Below are positions 8,807 through 17,772 of a stretch of 63,985 bases of DNA, one piece after another (position 1 is the first letter of the stretch; each line of letters opens with the position of its first letter). The translations under genes and the position numbers were made by a program. Location of the stretch: assembly GCA_012838945.1 (NCBI GenBank), contig DUOG01000041.1:1-63985 (forward strand). Reading direction: 5' to 3'. Source of the stretch: Acholeplasmataceae bacterium (lineage in GTDB: Bacteria; Bacillota_I; Bacilli_A; ML615J-28; CAG-313). The notes beneath the pieces were generated by a model, which saw nothing but the letters and a program-made list of their open reading frames with translations, was not told the DNA's origin and searched no databases.

Positions 8807-9548
8807 ATCTAATATACTCTCTTAATTTAACTAATCGACGACCAAATAAGACAATCACTACAGCAATCGAACCCCAATGAATAACGTTAAAGAGGCCAAA
8901 AGTAGATAAGATTGCGATGAATCTATTGTCAGAAACCGCCTTCAATACTCCATCAATAAAACCAGGACTTAGAGTATTATAGATTGGGAATATAATAAGA
9001 AGGTTAATTATCAGCATAACAATGGTAGTCACCACTACTGATACCACACCGGTAATAATCATTTTAGAAATTGGAAAATTTATTTCGCAACTGATTTCCT
9101 TACTTCTTCCACCTAAACAATACTTACGGAAGACAAATACAAACGGAATAAGGAATACTAGTGTTGCTAGAAAGTTTATTCCTTGATCCAAAAAAGGAAT
9201 TACTGCACCTTTAATTAGGTAGTTAATAAGGTTAGTGATGATACTAACGATTATTGCTGATTTAAAATCAAACCAAATAAAGACTAAAAAGATAATCAAA
9301 ACACTGAACTCTAACTTCAAGAAAAAAGCAGCTGGGATGATTTCAAAGCTTAGGAGCATCGCAATGCTACTAACTGCTGCCATAACCGATAGTGCGGCTA
9401 AGCTTCTCGTTGTTGCTTGTTTGACTTGCCCAAATTCTTTAATATCGGCTCTGATTAAGTAAACAACTACCGCTGTTATTAAGGCCAGTAAAAGGACTCC
9501 AGCAATAATCTTAGGGACAGTATTGTCCTGAGTTAAAAATAATAACAT
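8805..9548 (-). CDS. ribU: Riboflavin transporter, RibU-like ECF S-component with extra N-terminal TM
   Basis: The track ORF starts at TTG 9590, but that codon lies inside the riboswitch terminator stem. The ATG at 9548 follows GGAGG plus 7 nt. Multi-pass membrane protein (TRSLAALSVMAAVSSIAMLL...) directly controlled by an FMN riboswitch. Confidence 0.7.
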   Translation of the reverse strand: MLLFLTQDNTVPKIIAGVLLLALITAVVVYLIRADIKEFGQVKQATTRSLAALSVMAAVSSIAMLLSFEIIPAAFFLKLEFSVLIIFLVFIWFDFKSAIIVSIITNLINYLIKGAVIPFLDQGINFLATLVFLIPFVFVFRKYCLGGRSKEISCEINFPISKMIITGVVSVVVTTIVMLIINLLIIFPIYNTLSPGFIDGVLKAVSDNRFIAILSTFGLFNVIHWGSIAVVIVLFGRRLVKLREYIR

Positions 9549-9578
9549 AAAAAAACCTCCAAAGATATTTTTAGGCAT

Positions 9579-9755
9579 AAAAAATGCCAACTAAATATCT
9601 CCAGTCGGCACAAAAAAATACGTGATAGCGTATCTTCTTTCATCTAGACTATAACTATCGGTTTTGGAATTTCACCAAATCGTGATTGATTGCTCAATCG
9701 CGCGGACTGTACCGCCGGTCGGGAATTTCACCCTGCCCTGAAGATATTTTTTTAC
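9579..9755 (-). promoter_or_regulatory. FMN riboswitch (RFN element) with terminator expression platform
   Basis: The reverse strand reads CUUCAGGGCAGGGUGAAAUUCCCGACCGGCGGUACAGUCCGCGCGA...GGUGAAAUUCCAAAACCGAUAGUUAUAGUCUAGAUGAAAGAAGA, matching the conserved RFN core. It is followed by hairpin UGCCGACU...AGUUGGCA (9610-9585) and a U run. Confidence 0.92.
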
Positions 9756-9761
9756 TATATA

Positions 9762-9790
9762 ATTATACCCCTAATTATAATTACTGTCAA
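9762..9790 (-). promoter_or_regulatory. Consensus sigma-A promoter driving the FMN riboswitch
   Basis: Reverse strand TTGACA (9790-9785), 17 nt, TATAAT (9767-9762). Confidence 0.65.
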
Positions 9791-9807
9791 CTAATTCTAT
9801 AAAAGGG

Positions 9808-10671
9808 TCACATTTTTTCTAGTTCGATTATTTCCTCTGCTTCTTTTTTCTTAAATAACTTTTGAAAGTCACTTACAATATGTTCCCATTCCCAAGGAAG
9901 GCACATTAAGAAAGGAAAAACAGCAAAGACAATTGTCATGAAAGGTAACATCCAAAAGAATGGCCAATACTTAGTTTCACCTTTAAACTCTCCAAAAGGA
10001 ACCTTGGTAAGAAAATCAGGAGTAAATACCTTGATGATTCCCGCAACTTCTTCGTTCCCTGGTCCCCAAATCAGTGATGGATTATGAACATTAATATCAA
10101 AGAAATCATCACTACGTAAAGATATAATACCTAGTTCAGCTTGTAGAACTTGTTGAACCATAATAAAGAGTAAAACGGCTGACATAACAAACGGGATTCT
10201 CCAGATTCGGCGATAATCAAGTTCATGAATTTTTAGTAACACCATTAAAATAGGAGCAACAAAAATAACGATATGACAATAATAAAAACGCCAAACATCA
10301 AACACTAATTCTTTACCTAAAGCCTCAGTTGGATATACTAGGGCTAAGAATCCACTTAGAGCACCTAAATAAAACATATAGTCTTTTAGGGTTTTATTTT
10401 TAGAAATATAAAAGATAGGGAAGGTTAAAACACTAACAGCACAAATATTAATAAACCATATATCCCGCGCTGCTTTATTAGGGTCGGTACTATATGGTGG
10501 AAAATGAATTTTTAAAAAGTGTAAGATGAGATTACTTAAGAGCAAAGCAAAAACAACAATTGTTTTTATTCTCTCAGAGCGATTCCGTAATGCAAAATAT
10601 AAACCTATAAGGATTGCAAAGGCAGCTACAATAAAGAAGAAATTATAAAAATTCAATAATTCAACTGTCAT
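9808..10671 (-). CDS. Multi-pass integral membrane protein (tentatively YwaF/TIGR02206-like)
   Basis: 287-aa ORF with 7-8 hydrophobic helices. The family assignment rests only on overall resemblance and is not motif-proven. Confidence 0.6.
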   Translation of the reverse strand: MTVELLNFYNFFFIVAAFAILIGLYFALRNRSERIKTIVVFALLLSNLILHFLKIHFPPYSTDPNKAARDIWFINICAVSVLTFPIFYISKNKTLKDYMFYLGALSGFLALVYPTEALGKELVFDVWRFYYCHIVIFVAPILMVLLKIHELDYRRIWRIPFVMSAVLLFIMVQQVLQAELGIISLRSDDFFDINVHNPSLIWGPGNEEVAGIIKVFTPDFLTKVPFGEFKGETKYWPFFWMLPFMTIVFAVFPFLMCLPWEWEHIVSDFQKLFKKKEAEEIIELEKM

Positions 10672-10776
10672 AATAAAACTCCTTCTATCAATGTAGGAGA
10701 ATTATAACTTAAAGCTGCTATTTCATAAAGGAAAAAGGCCATAAGAGGCCTAAAAATGAAATCAACAAGCAGTTAC

Positions 10777-11016
10777 TTATTCTTTAATTAACGTCCAATT
10801 AAATTGATCTTTAAAATCTTCATAACAATCTGGACATATCCAATGGTGTCCATCTTCAGTACAATAGGCTACTTCAATATCATAGGGACTTATCCGCGCA
10901 AAACAAAAAGAACAATGATCATGGTCCCAACTCTCATGTTCAATAACAAATGATTGGAATTTTAATCTTTGATCTTTTAAGTAGTTTTCTTGATTAAAAA
11001 GACGCCAATCTGCCAT
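10777..11016 (-). CDS. Small Cys/His-rich putative zinc-binding protein
   Basis: 79 aa; HDHCSFC ... CPDC arrangement (two CxxC pairs). Weak RBS. Confidence 0.55.
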   Translation of the reverse strand: MADWRLFNQENYLKDQRLKFQSFVIEHESWDHDHCSFCFARISPYDIEVAYCTEDGHHWICPDCYEDFKDQFNWTLIKE

Positions 11017-11172
11017 ACTATTTTTTCTTTTGGTCCGGTTTTATTTTTATTTCAGTATATTCATTCGCAATCTCGGTCTGTAAACTGCGATCTAAATTTT
11101 TTTGTTCCTCAAAATTCTTCGCAATATTTCTTAAACCTTCATTTACTTTCTTTCTATTTTTCAATAAAATCA

Positions 11173-11201
11173 CCCTACCCAATAAAAGATATTAGGTAGG
11201 G
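11173..11201 (-). terminator. Rho-independent terminator after recX
   Basis: CCCTACC/GGTAGGG 7-bp stem, followed on the reverse strand by TGATTTTATT. Confidence 0.6.
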
Positions 11202-11217
11202 CATTAGTTTATGATAA

Positions 11218-11982
11218 TTAAGTTGATAAATCATCAAGTAAGCTTTTTATTTCAGAATATTCATAACCTTTTTGCATGAGTTTGGTAATAATCTTAGCTT
11301 TATTATCTTCTTTTTCAATTATTTTTTTGAAATCTCTATGCAAGCGCTCATGATGATTACTGTCAAAATCGGTCTTTGATAAAGCCTCCATCACAAGTTC
11401 CATGGAAAAACCATCTCGCAGCAATTTTTCATAAATTAATTGCTTTTGCTTCTTGACAGGATAACTATTCTTTACCAATTGCATCTTTTTGATGATTTGA
11501 CTGATAGCTTCCTTTTCTTCAACAGGACTATAGTTATTCAATGCTTTCAAAATTACTGTTTCACTGATTCCTTTTTGTTTTAATTTTTCACCAATAAAGT
11601 TTGGACCTTTATTTGATTTTTTATAACTATTTACTAAGTTATACGCAAAACGTTCATCATTAATAAAATCTAAAGATTCTAGGCGAATAATAATTTCTTC
11701 AATTTCGGCATCAACTACCTTTAATTTTTGTAAGTAATCTCTTATTTCCTTTTTACTACGTTCTTGATAAGATAAAAAGTTTAAGACTTTGTCCCATGCA
11801 TTAGCTTTAGTTACTCCCTTTTTTATTGATTCCCACTCTTCTTCAGTGAATGTGGCACCTTTTAGTATCCGGTATTTTACCACATCATCTTCTGAGACTG
11901 TTACACTATCTTCACTGGTCTTAACAGTATATTTAGTCTTTCCTTTTTTCGTTAGACTTTCAATCGTTATCAGGGACTTCAT
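11218..11982 (-). CDS. recX: RecA regulator RecX
   Basis: 254 aa; three-repeat helical layout with KKEIRDYLQK...DERFAYNLVNSY...LKQKGIS typical of Firmicute RecX. Confidence 0.8.
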   Translation of the reverse strand: MKSLITIESLTKKGKTKYTVKTSEDSVTVSEDDVVKYRILKGATFTEEEWESIKKGVTKANAWDKVLNFLSYQERSKKEIRDYLQKLKVVDAEIEEIIIRLESLDFINDERFAYNLVNSYKKSNKGPNFIGEKLKQKGISETVILKALNNYSPVEEKEAISQIIKKMQLVKNSYPVKKQKQLIYEKLLRDGFSMELVMEALSKTDFDSNHHERLHRDFKKIIEKEDNKAKIITKLMQKGYEYSEIKSLLDDLST

Positions 11983-12886
11983 AGGTAAACCCTTCTCCTC
12001 TTACTTCATGGGCCCGGGCCACAAACACAAATGCCTTTGGATCAGTTTCATTAATGATTGATCTTAGATAATAATATTCTCTCGTTGATAAGACACATAG
12101 TAACATCATATTGTCCTTTTTGGAATAGGCTCCCCGAGTGTAAATTTCGGTAACACCTCGATTGAGAACTTCAAGAATGTGTTGTTTTATTTCTTCAGCT
12201 TTCGAAGAAATAATATAGGCTGACCTAACATTAAAGCCACCAAAGACAATGTTATCAATAAAGTATCCTGAAATAAATACTGCTAAAATTCCATAAAGGA
12301 TTTTATTTAAGGCAATAACTGTTTCTCCAGTAATCAATCCTACCGTTGGTCCTAAAGCAATAACCGCACCATCAATTATTATTAAACTAGTTGAAAGCGG
12401 CATCTTAGCATATTTTAATAACATGTATTGAGGAATTTCCGATCCACCGGTTGACCCTCCATAGCGAAAGACAAGTCCGATCCCCGCTCCCATGATTATT
12501 GATGAGAATAAAGTAACCAAAAATAGATCGTCAAGAACCGTAGGTAACTGTAGAATAGCATCCCCAGCAACCCTTGCGATAATCTCGGAGAAAATCGGAA
12601 ATATTAAGGAACCATAAATCGTCCTTGCGGTAAACTTCGGACCTAAAAAAATAAAAGAGAGGATGATTAAAATAGTATTGATGCCTAAGACAATTATCGC
12701 TGGTGAAATTGGAAAGTTAGGAAAAATATTGACCAAGACAATACTTAGACCACCTACACCACCAGTAACTAAATCATATGGCACTAGAAAAACACTATAT
12801 GAAAGTGCTGTTAGAAAACAACCAAGGGTTATGTATAAAAACTCTTTAACGTATTTACTTTTTTGATGTTTATTTTCTATATGCAT
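11960..12886 (-). CDS. YitT-family membrane protein (DUF161 repeats plus C-terminal DUF2179)
   Basis: 308 aa; N-terminal GGVGGLSIVL motif, five TM helices, soluble C-terminal domain (RGVTEIYTRGAYS...). Confidence 0.85.
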   Translation of the reverse strand: MHIENKHQKSKYVKEFLYITLGCFLTALSYSVFLVPYDLVTGGVGGLSIVLVNIFPNFPISPAIIVLGINTILIILSFIFLGPKFTARTIYGSLIFPIFSEIIARVAGDAILQLPTVLDDLFLVTLFSSIIMGAGIGLVFRYGGSTGGSEIPQYMLLKYAKMPLSTSLIIIDGAVIALGPTVGLITGETVIALNKILYGILAVFISGYFIDNIVFGGFNVRSAYIISSKAEEIKQHILEVLNRGVTEIYTRGAYSKKDNMMLLCVLSTREYYYLRSIINETDPKAFVFVARAHEVRGEGFTYEVPDND

Positions 12887-13981
12887 CTAATCCCTACTTT
12901 CTGTATATCGTAGATAAGCATTGATGAATAGATCTAAATCACCGTCTAAAACTTCTTGAGGATTGGTTGATTCAGCATCAGTACGCAAATCTTTAACAAG
13001 TGCATATGGATGAAGAACATAACTTCTAATCTGATTGCCGAAGGCATTATCACCTAAATGGCCACTAATATTTTTTATTTTATTTTGTCTAGCTTCAATT
13101 TCAAGTTGATAGAGTTTTGATTTTAGTAGATTAAGGGCTTTTTCACGGTTTTGAATCTGACTACGTTCATTTTGACTAGTAACAACGATACCTGTTTCTA
13201 AATGGGTAATACGAACAGCCGAATCAGTCGTATTGACATGTTGTCCACCAGCTCCACTAGAACGATAAGTATCTATTTTTATTTCTTCTGGTTTAATGGT
13301 AACATCAATCTCATGACTGATTTCCGGAAGCACATTACATGCTGCAAACGAAGTATGGCGTCTTGCATTACTATCAAAAGGAGAAATGCGGACCAAACGG
13401 TGAACACCCTTTTCACCTTTTAAGATTCCATAAGCATTTTTTCCTTTAACTAACATCGTTACACTTTTGAGCCCTGCTTCTAGTCCATCTTGATATTCTA
13501 GTACTTCTACATCAAAATTGTGCCTCTCAGCAAACCTCCGGTACATTCGATATAGCATCAAAGCCCAATCTTGAGCTTCAGTGCCACCAGCACCAGGATG
13601 GATTTCAATAATGGCATTTAAATGATCATATTCGCCTGATAACATCAATTTAACTTCAAACTCTTCTAAGTCCCTTGCAATACTACTGATACTATCAGCG
13701 ATATCACCAAGCAGGCTTTCATCATTAAATGACAAGATCTCTTCCAAATCTTGAACCCTATTTTTCAACTCATTATATTCTTCTAAGGTTTCTTTTAAAT
13801 CATTACACTTTTGAACTACTTCAGCTGCTATTTTAGGGTTGTCCCAAAAATCACTGGCTAGCATTTGTTGTTCATAACCACTAATAGCCTCTGTCGTTTG
13901 ATCAATATTAATAACTGTTTTTAAAGCCTTAAGACGCTCATTAAAACCATTAATATTTTTACTAATTTCATATTTTTCCAT
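12887..13981 (-). CDS. prfB: Peptide chain release factor 2, encoded in one uninterrupted frame
   Basis: 364 aa; SPF tripeptide (RISPFDS) and GGQ (SGAGGQHVN). Own RBS AAGGGTGA plus 5 nt, then ATG at 13981. No in-frame UGA or CUUUGA shift site near codon 25. Confidence 0.95.
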   Translation of the reverse strand: MEKYEISKNINGFNERLKALKTVINIDQTTEAISGYEQQMLASDFWDNPKIAAEVVQKCNDLKETLEEYNELKNRVQDLEEILSFNDESLLGDIADSISSIARDLEEFEVKLMLSGEYDHLNAIIEIHPGAGGTEAQDWALMLYRMYRRFAERHNFDVEVLEYQDGLEAGLKSVTMLVKGKNAYGILKGEKGVHRLVRISPFDSNARRHTSFAACNVLPEISHEIDVTIKPEEIKIDTYRSSGAGGQHVNTTDSAVRITHLETGIVVTSQNERSQIQNREKALNLLKSKLYQLEIEARQNKIKNISGHLGDNAFGNQIRSYVLHPYALVKDLRTDAESTNPQEVLDGDLDLFINAYLRYTESRD

Positions 13982-14000
13982 ATTTTCACCCTTATTTAAA

Positions 14001-14030
14001 AATAACTCAAGGGTTTATTCTTGAGTTATT
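14001..14030 (-). terminator. Hairpin between secA and prfB (weak terminator or processing site)
   Basis: 11-bp stem AATAACTCAAG/CTTGAGTTATT with 8-nt loop, followed on the reverse strand by TTTAAAT (poor U tract). Confidence 0.4.
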
Positions 14031-14036
14031 TAAAAA

Positions 14037-16544
14037 CTATTTTCCACAACAATGTTTATATTTTAGACCACTACCACAAGGACATGGGTCATTTCGACCA
14101 ACTTTTGTTCCTACTTTTACTGGCGCACGTTTGCGAGTTTCCTCTTTACCATCAGAGGTTCCAGAAATCTTCGCTACTGCTTCTCTTTGTAAGTTATCGC
14201 GAATTTGAGCACGGTTGATCAGTGATACTGATTGTTCTTCAATTCCTTCGATCATTGCTTCAAACATTTCAAATCCGATTTCTTGATATTGACGCAGTGG
14301 ATTAACCTGAGCATAAGCTTGTAAGCCAATTCCTTGACGTAATTCACTCATTTGATCGATATGATCCATCCAATGTTCATCAACCACTCGTAAAAGAACT
14401 ACTTTTAAGAATTCATCATAGACTTCTTTTGGTACTAATTCTTTCTTTTCATTTAAGTTTTCAATAAGTCTTTCTTCTAAGATTGCTGATGCTTCTTCTG
14501 GTGTTTTACCTTCAAAATCTTCTAATGTAAACTCATTTAAATTGAAAAGTTGAGAGTAAATATCGTTTAGTAAATTCTTAGCATTTACTGTTACTTTTCC
14601 TTTTCCTTCATGCTCAATATTAGCAAAAGCTTTTCTTTGACTCACTGAATTAAACATCTTTAATACAACTGGTTCGATATCATCTAAGAATAAAATATCA
14701 TTTCGTTGCTTATAAATGATATCACGTTGTTTACGTAAAACCTCATCATATTCAACAACAGTTTTACGACGATCAAAGTTGTTACCTTCAATTTTACGTT
14801 GAGCAGCTTCAACGAAACGTGAGAACATTTTTGATTCCAGCGGCACTTCATCTCCAGCCTCATCATGGGTAATAACCATACTTAAGGCATTTTTGAATCG
14901 TTCACTACCGAATCGAACAAGCAATTCATCTTCAGCGGATAAGTAGAATCGGCTATAACCAGGGTCTCCTTGGCGACCAGAACGACCACGTAACTGATTG
15001 TCAATACGGCGCGCCTCATGGCGTTCGGTTCCAATAACCGCTAGACCACCTAGTTCTCGAACTCCTTCACCAAGTTTGATGTCGGTTCCCCGTCCAGCCA
15101 TGTTGGTTGCAATCGTAACCGCATGTTTTTCACCAGCATGTTTGATAATTTCAGCTTCTTTACCATGGTTTTTCGCATTTAATACGTTATGACGAACTCC
15201 AGCTCTCGTTAACAATTTAGATATTAACTCACTGGTTTCAATGGAGATTGTACCAACTAATACTGGTTGACCTTTCTCATAACGAGCCTTAATATCTTTA
15301 ACAATCGCTTTATATTTTGCATCCATTGTTCTAAACATTAAGTCTGGATCATCTTGACGTATAACAGGTACGTTGGTAGGAACTTCAACAACATACATAT
15401 TGTAAATGTTGCGGAATTCCTCTTCTTCGGTTTTTGCTGTACCGGTCATACCAGCAAGTTTCTTATACATTCTAAAGTAATTTTGGAAAGTAATAGTTGC
15501 TAAAGTTCTTGTTTCCTTTTTAATTTCAACATTTTCTTTAGCTTCTAGGGCTTGGTGTAGCCCTTCACTATATTGACGTCCATGCATTAAACGTCCAGTA
15601 AATGGGTCAACGATAATAACTTTTCCATCATTAACAACATAGTCGACATCACGAGCCATGATAAAGTTAGCTCTTAGCGCATTATTGATATGATGGAGTA
15701 ATTGAACATTTTTAACATCGTATAAGTTATCGATTCCAAAATAACGTTCTGCTTTAAGCATTCCTGATTCGGTTAAAGTGACGTGTTTGGCTTCGATATC
15801 AATTTCATAATCTTCTTCAGAAAAATTTTTAACTAAAGTATTTGCTTGTAAGTAAAGGTTAGGACCTTTTTTAGCACCACCAGAAATAATCAATGGGGTA
15901 CGGGCTTCGTCAATTAAAATCGAGTCAACCTCATCGATAATCGCGAAGTTTAATGGACGTTGCACCATATCTTCTTTATAAAGAACCATATGGTCACGGA
16001 GGTAGTCAAATCCTAACTCATTATTAGTTGAATAAGTAATATCACAATTATATTGAGCTCGTTTTTCTTCTGGAGTCATATCACGTAGGTTTAATCCAAC
16101 TGTTAAACCTAACCATTTGTGAAGGGCACCCATTTCTTCAGCGTCACGACTAGCTAAGTATTCATTGACGGTTACAATGTGAACACCATTCCCATCTAGG
16201 GCATTTAAATAGGCCACCAATGTAGAGGTTAAGGTTTTACCTTCACCAGTTTTCATTTCAGCGATATTGCCACCATGCATCGCTGCTGCCCCCATAATTT
16301 GTACTTTAAAAGGGGTCATTCCTAAAACACGAGTAGCCGCCTCTCGAACTGTCGCAAAGGCCTCTACTAGAATATCATCCATCGTTTCTCCGTTTTTTAA
16401 TCTTTCACGAAAATGTGGCGTCTTAGCTTTTAGTTCATCATCGCTTAATTTTTTATATTCTTCCGCCAAGGCGTCTACATTTTCAGCAATTTTTTCTACA
16501 CGTTTCAATTCTTTATATCCGGGATCAAAGAATCTCTTAAACAT
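14037..16544 (-). CDS. secA: Preprotein translocase ATPase SecA
   Basis: 835 aa; Walker [14 protein letters not shown]-like [14 protein letters not shown]-terminal zinc finger [14 protein letters not shown]. Confidence 0.97.
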   Translation of the reverse strand: MFKRFFDPGYKELKRVEKIAENVDALAEEYKKLSDDELKAKTPHFRERLKNGETMDDILVEAFATVREAATRVLGMTPFKVQIMGAAAMHGGNIAEMKTGEGKTLTSTLVAYLNALDGNGVHIVTVNEYLASRDAEEMGALHKWLGLTVGLNLRDMTPEEKRAQYNCDITYSTNNELGFDYLRDHMVLYKEDMVQRPLNFAIIDEVDSILIDEARTPLIISGGAKKGPNLYLQANTLVKNFSEEDYEIDIEAKHVTLTESGMLKAERYFGIDNLYDVKNVQLLHHINNALRANFIMARDVDYVVNDGKVIIVDPFTGRLMHGRQYSEGLHQALEAKENVEIKKETRTLATITFQNYFRMYKKLAGMTGTAKTEEEEFRNIYNMYVVEVPTNVPVIRQDDPDLMFRTMDAKYKAIVKDIKARYEKGQPVLVGTISIETSELISKLLTRAGVRHNVLNAKNHGKEAEIIKHAGEKHAVTIATNMAGRGTDIKLGEGVRELGGLAVIGTERHEARRIDNQLRGRSGRQGDPGYSRFYLSAEDELLVRFGSERFKNALSMVITHDEAGDEVPLESKMFSRFVEAAQRKIEGNNFDRRKTVVEYDEVLRKQRDIIYKQRNDILFLDDIEPVVLKMFNSVSQRKAFANIEHEGKGKVTVNAKNLLNDIYSQLFNLNEFTLEDFEGKTPEEASAILEERLIENLNEKKELVPKEVYDEFLKVVLLRVVDEHWMDHIDQMSELRQGIGLQAYAQVNPLRQYQEIGFEMFEAMIEGIEEQSVSLINRAQIRDNLQREAVAKISGTSDGKEETRKRAPVKVGTKVGRNDPCPCGSGLKYKHCCGK

Positions 16545-16671
16545 TGGTTCACGTCCTTTCCCATTAGCTTTTTTACTATTATATATATGATAACATTTTT
16601 AAGTCATTTTAACAAGCATTTTGTATATTATTACCTATTATATTATTGCCTAATCATAAACAATCTAAAAT

Positions 16672-16706
16672 AAAAAAAAGTACCTATAATAGGCATTATA
16701 GGTACT
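16672..16706 (-). terminator. Rho-independent terminator after hpf
   Basis: Perfect 12-bp stem AGTACCTATAAT/ATTATAGGTACT (16679-16706), 4-nt loop, then a run of seven T on the reverse strand. Confidence 0.85.
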
Positions 16707-16715
16707 GGATTACAA

Positions 16716-17270
16716 TTATTTATCTTCAACCTTAATAATGGCGTAATTGCCATCATTACGGAGGTATACTACAGATACTTTGTGATTTTCTTCATTCAAG
16801 AAAATGAAAAAGTCATGTCCTAACATTTCCATTTGCGTAATCGCTTCATCTGGTGTCATTCGCTCTAACTTTATCTCCTTGTTTTTTACAAGATGATAAA
16901 TGCTGTTTTCATTTTCGTAAGATTCGGCGTCTATGTCAGTTCGGAAATAATTTGAAATACCTTCACGCTTTTTAATCAAAGTGTTAATGCGTTTACGGTG
17001 TCTAAGGAGTTGAGTCTCTAACTTATCAACCACCCGATCTACGGCACCATACATCGTTTGGTCTTTACTTTCTGCTCTCAAGATAATGTTCTTGGTTGGA
17101 ATGGTTACTTCCACTTCGTGATATTCATCGTAGACTTTGCATAAAACATTGGCTATGATATTTTCACTGTTGTAAAAGTATTGCCCTAGTTTTCCCACCT
17201 TCTCAATGATGTAGTCTTTCAGAGCGTCCGTTGGAACAAATTTGTGTTTCCCGCGAATATTAAATTTCAT
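16716..17270 (-). CDS. hpf: Ribosome hibernation-promoting factor (long HPF, YvyD-like)
   Basis: 184 aa; N-terminal S30AE/RaiA domain (MKFNIRGKHKFVPTDALKDYIIEKVGKL) plus C-terminal dimerisation domain. hpf-secA-prfB order as in Bacillus. Confidence 0.93.
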   Translation of the reverse strand: MKFNIRGKHKFVPTDALKDYIIEKVGKLGQYFYNSENIIANVLCKVYDEYHEVEVTIPTKNIILRAESKDQTMYGAVDRVVDKLETQLLRHRKRINTLIKKREGISNYFRTDIDAESYENENSIYHLVKNKEIKLERMTPDEAITQMEMLGHDFFIFLNEENHKVSVVYLRNDGNYAIIKVEDK

Positions 17271-17381
17271 AATAAGACTCCTTTCTGTATATCTTACACT
17301 TATATTTTACCATAAATATAAGCCTTATGTAAATTCTATTGACTTTTTATTTTGTATTATTTAATTAAGTATATGTTTTTA

Positions 17382-17690
17382 CTATATCGTTAATGAGACG
17401 TTATCGATTAGAATGATTAGATTTTCCTTAAAATCATCCATAATAAAATCAAGGCTGGCACTTTCCAAAGTCAAGTCTTCATCAATCCATAAAAACACTA
17501 CCTCAGAAAGTTTGGATATAATAATCAACAGTGATTTGATTAGTTTGCAATAAAATATTGCTTTTAACTTTTCTTCACCCAAATAATTAATTGAAAAAAC
17601 ACATATTTCTTGATAGCCTATTTCAATCCTTTCAAAAGTAGTTATAAAATTTTTTATGACAAATAAATTACCAAATGTCCGCAATCCCAA
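17382..17690 (-). CDS. Doubtful small hypothetical protein
   Basis: 102-aa ORF that can only start at TTG; acidic and hydrophobic, no motif. It occupies most of the leuS-hpf spacer. Confidence 0.3.
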   Translation of the reverse strand: MGLRTFGNLFVIKNFITTFERIEIGYQEICVFSINYLGEEKLKAIFYCKLIKSLLIIISKLSEVVFLWIDEDLTLESASLDFIMDDFKENLIILIDNVSLTI

Positions 17691-17734
17691 TCACCACTTA
17701 TATATTTAAAAGAAAGACTGTTTTTTACTTTTTT

Positions 17735-17764
17735 AAAAAAAGATGCCTCAAGCATTGAGACATC
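17735..17764 (-). terminator. Rho-independent terminator after leuS
   Basis: 10-bp stem (GATGUCUCAA/UUGAGGCAUC, one G-U), 3-nt loop, seven U on the reverse strand. Confidence 0.8.
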
Positions 17765-17772
17765 TAAATTTC

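Noticed and set aside
10732-10756. AGGCC-N6-GGCCT hairpin flanked by A and T runs, considered as a terminator between the 79-aa gene and the downstream membrane protein gene.
   Set aside because: The stem is only 5 bp. It may function, but it is too weak to list as a feature.
16267-16590. Many 60-116-aa ORFs in the track lie antisense to or overlap large conserved genes. Examples: 3675-4025, 3895-4221, 14998-15192, 16267-16590, 40235-40501, 54829-55125, 58196-58507, 59632-59871, 59958-60302.
   Set aside because: They sit entirely inside well-supported genes on the other strand or in another frame. They have Ser/Leu/Phe-rich shadow composition, no RBS and no recognisable motif, so they are typical AT-rich-genome shadow ORFs.
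17271-17772. A possible raiA-motif RNA or other structured RNA in the 500-bp leuS-hpf spacer.
   Set aside because: The region is uniformly AT-rich with no GC-rich conserved helices, and it is mostly covered by an open (if doubtful) reading frame. The only strong structure is the leuS terminator.
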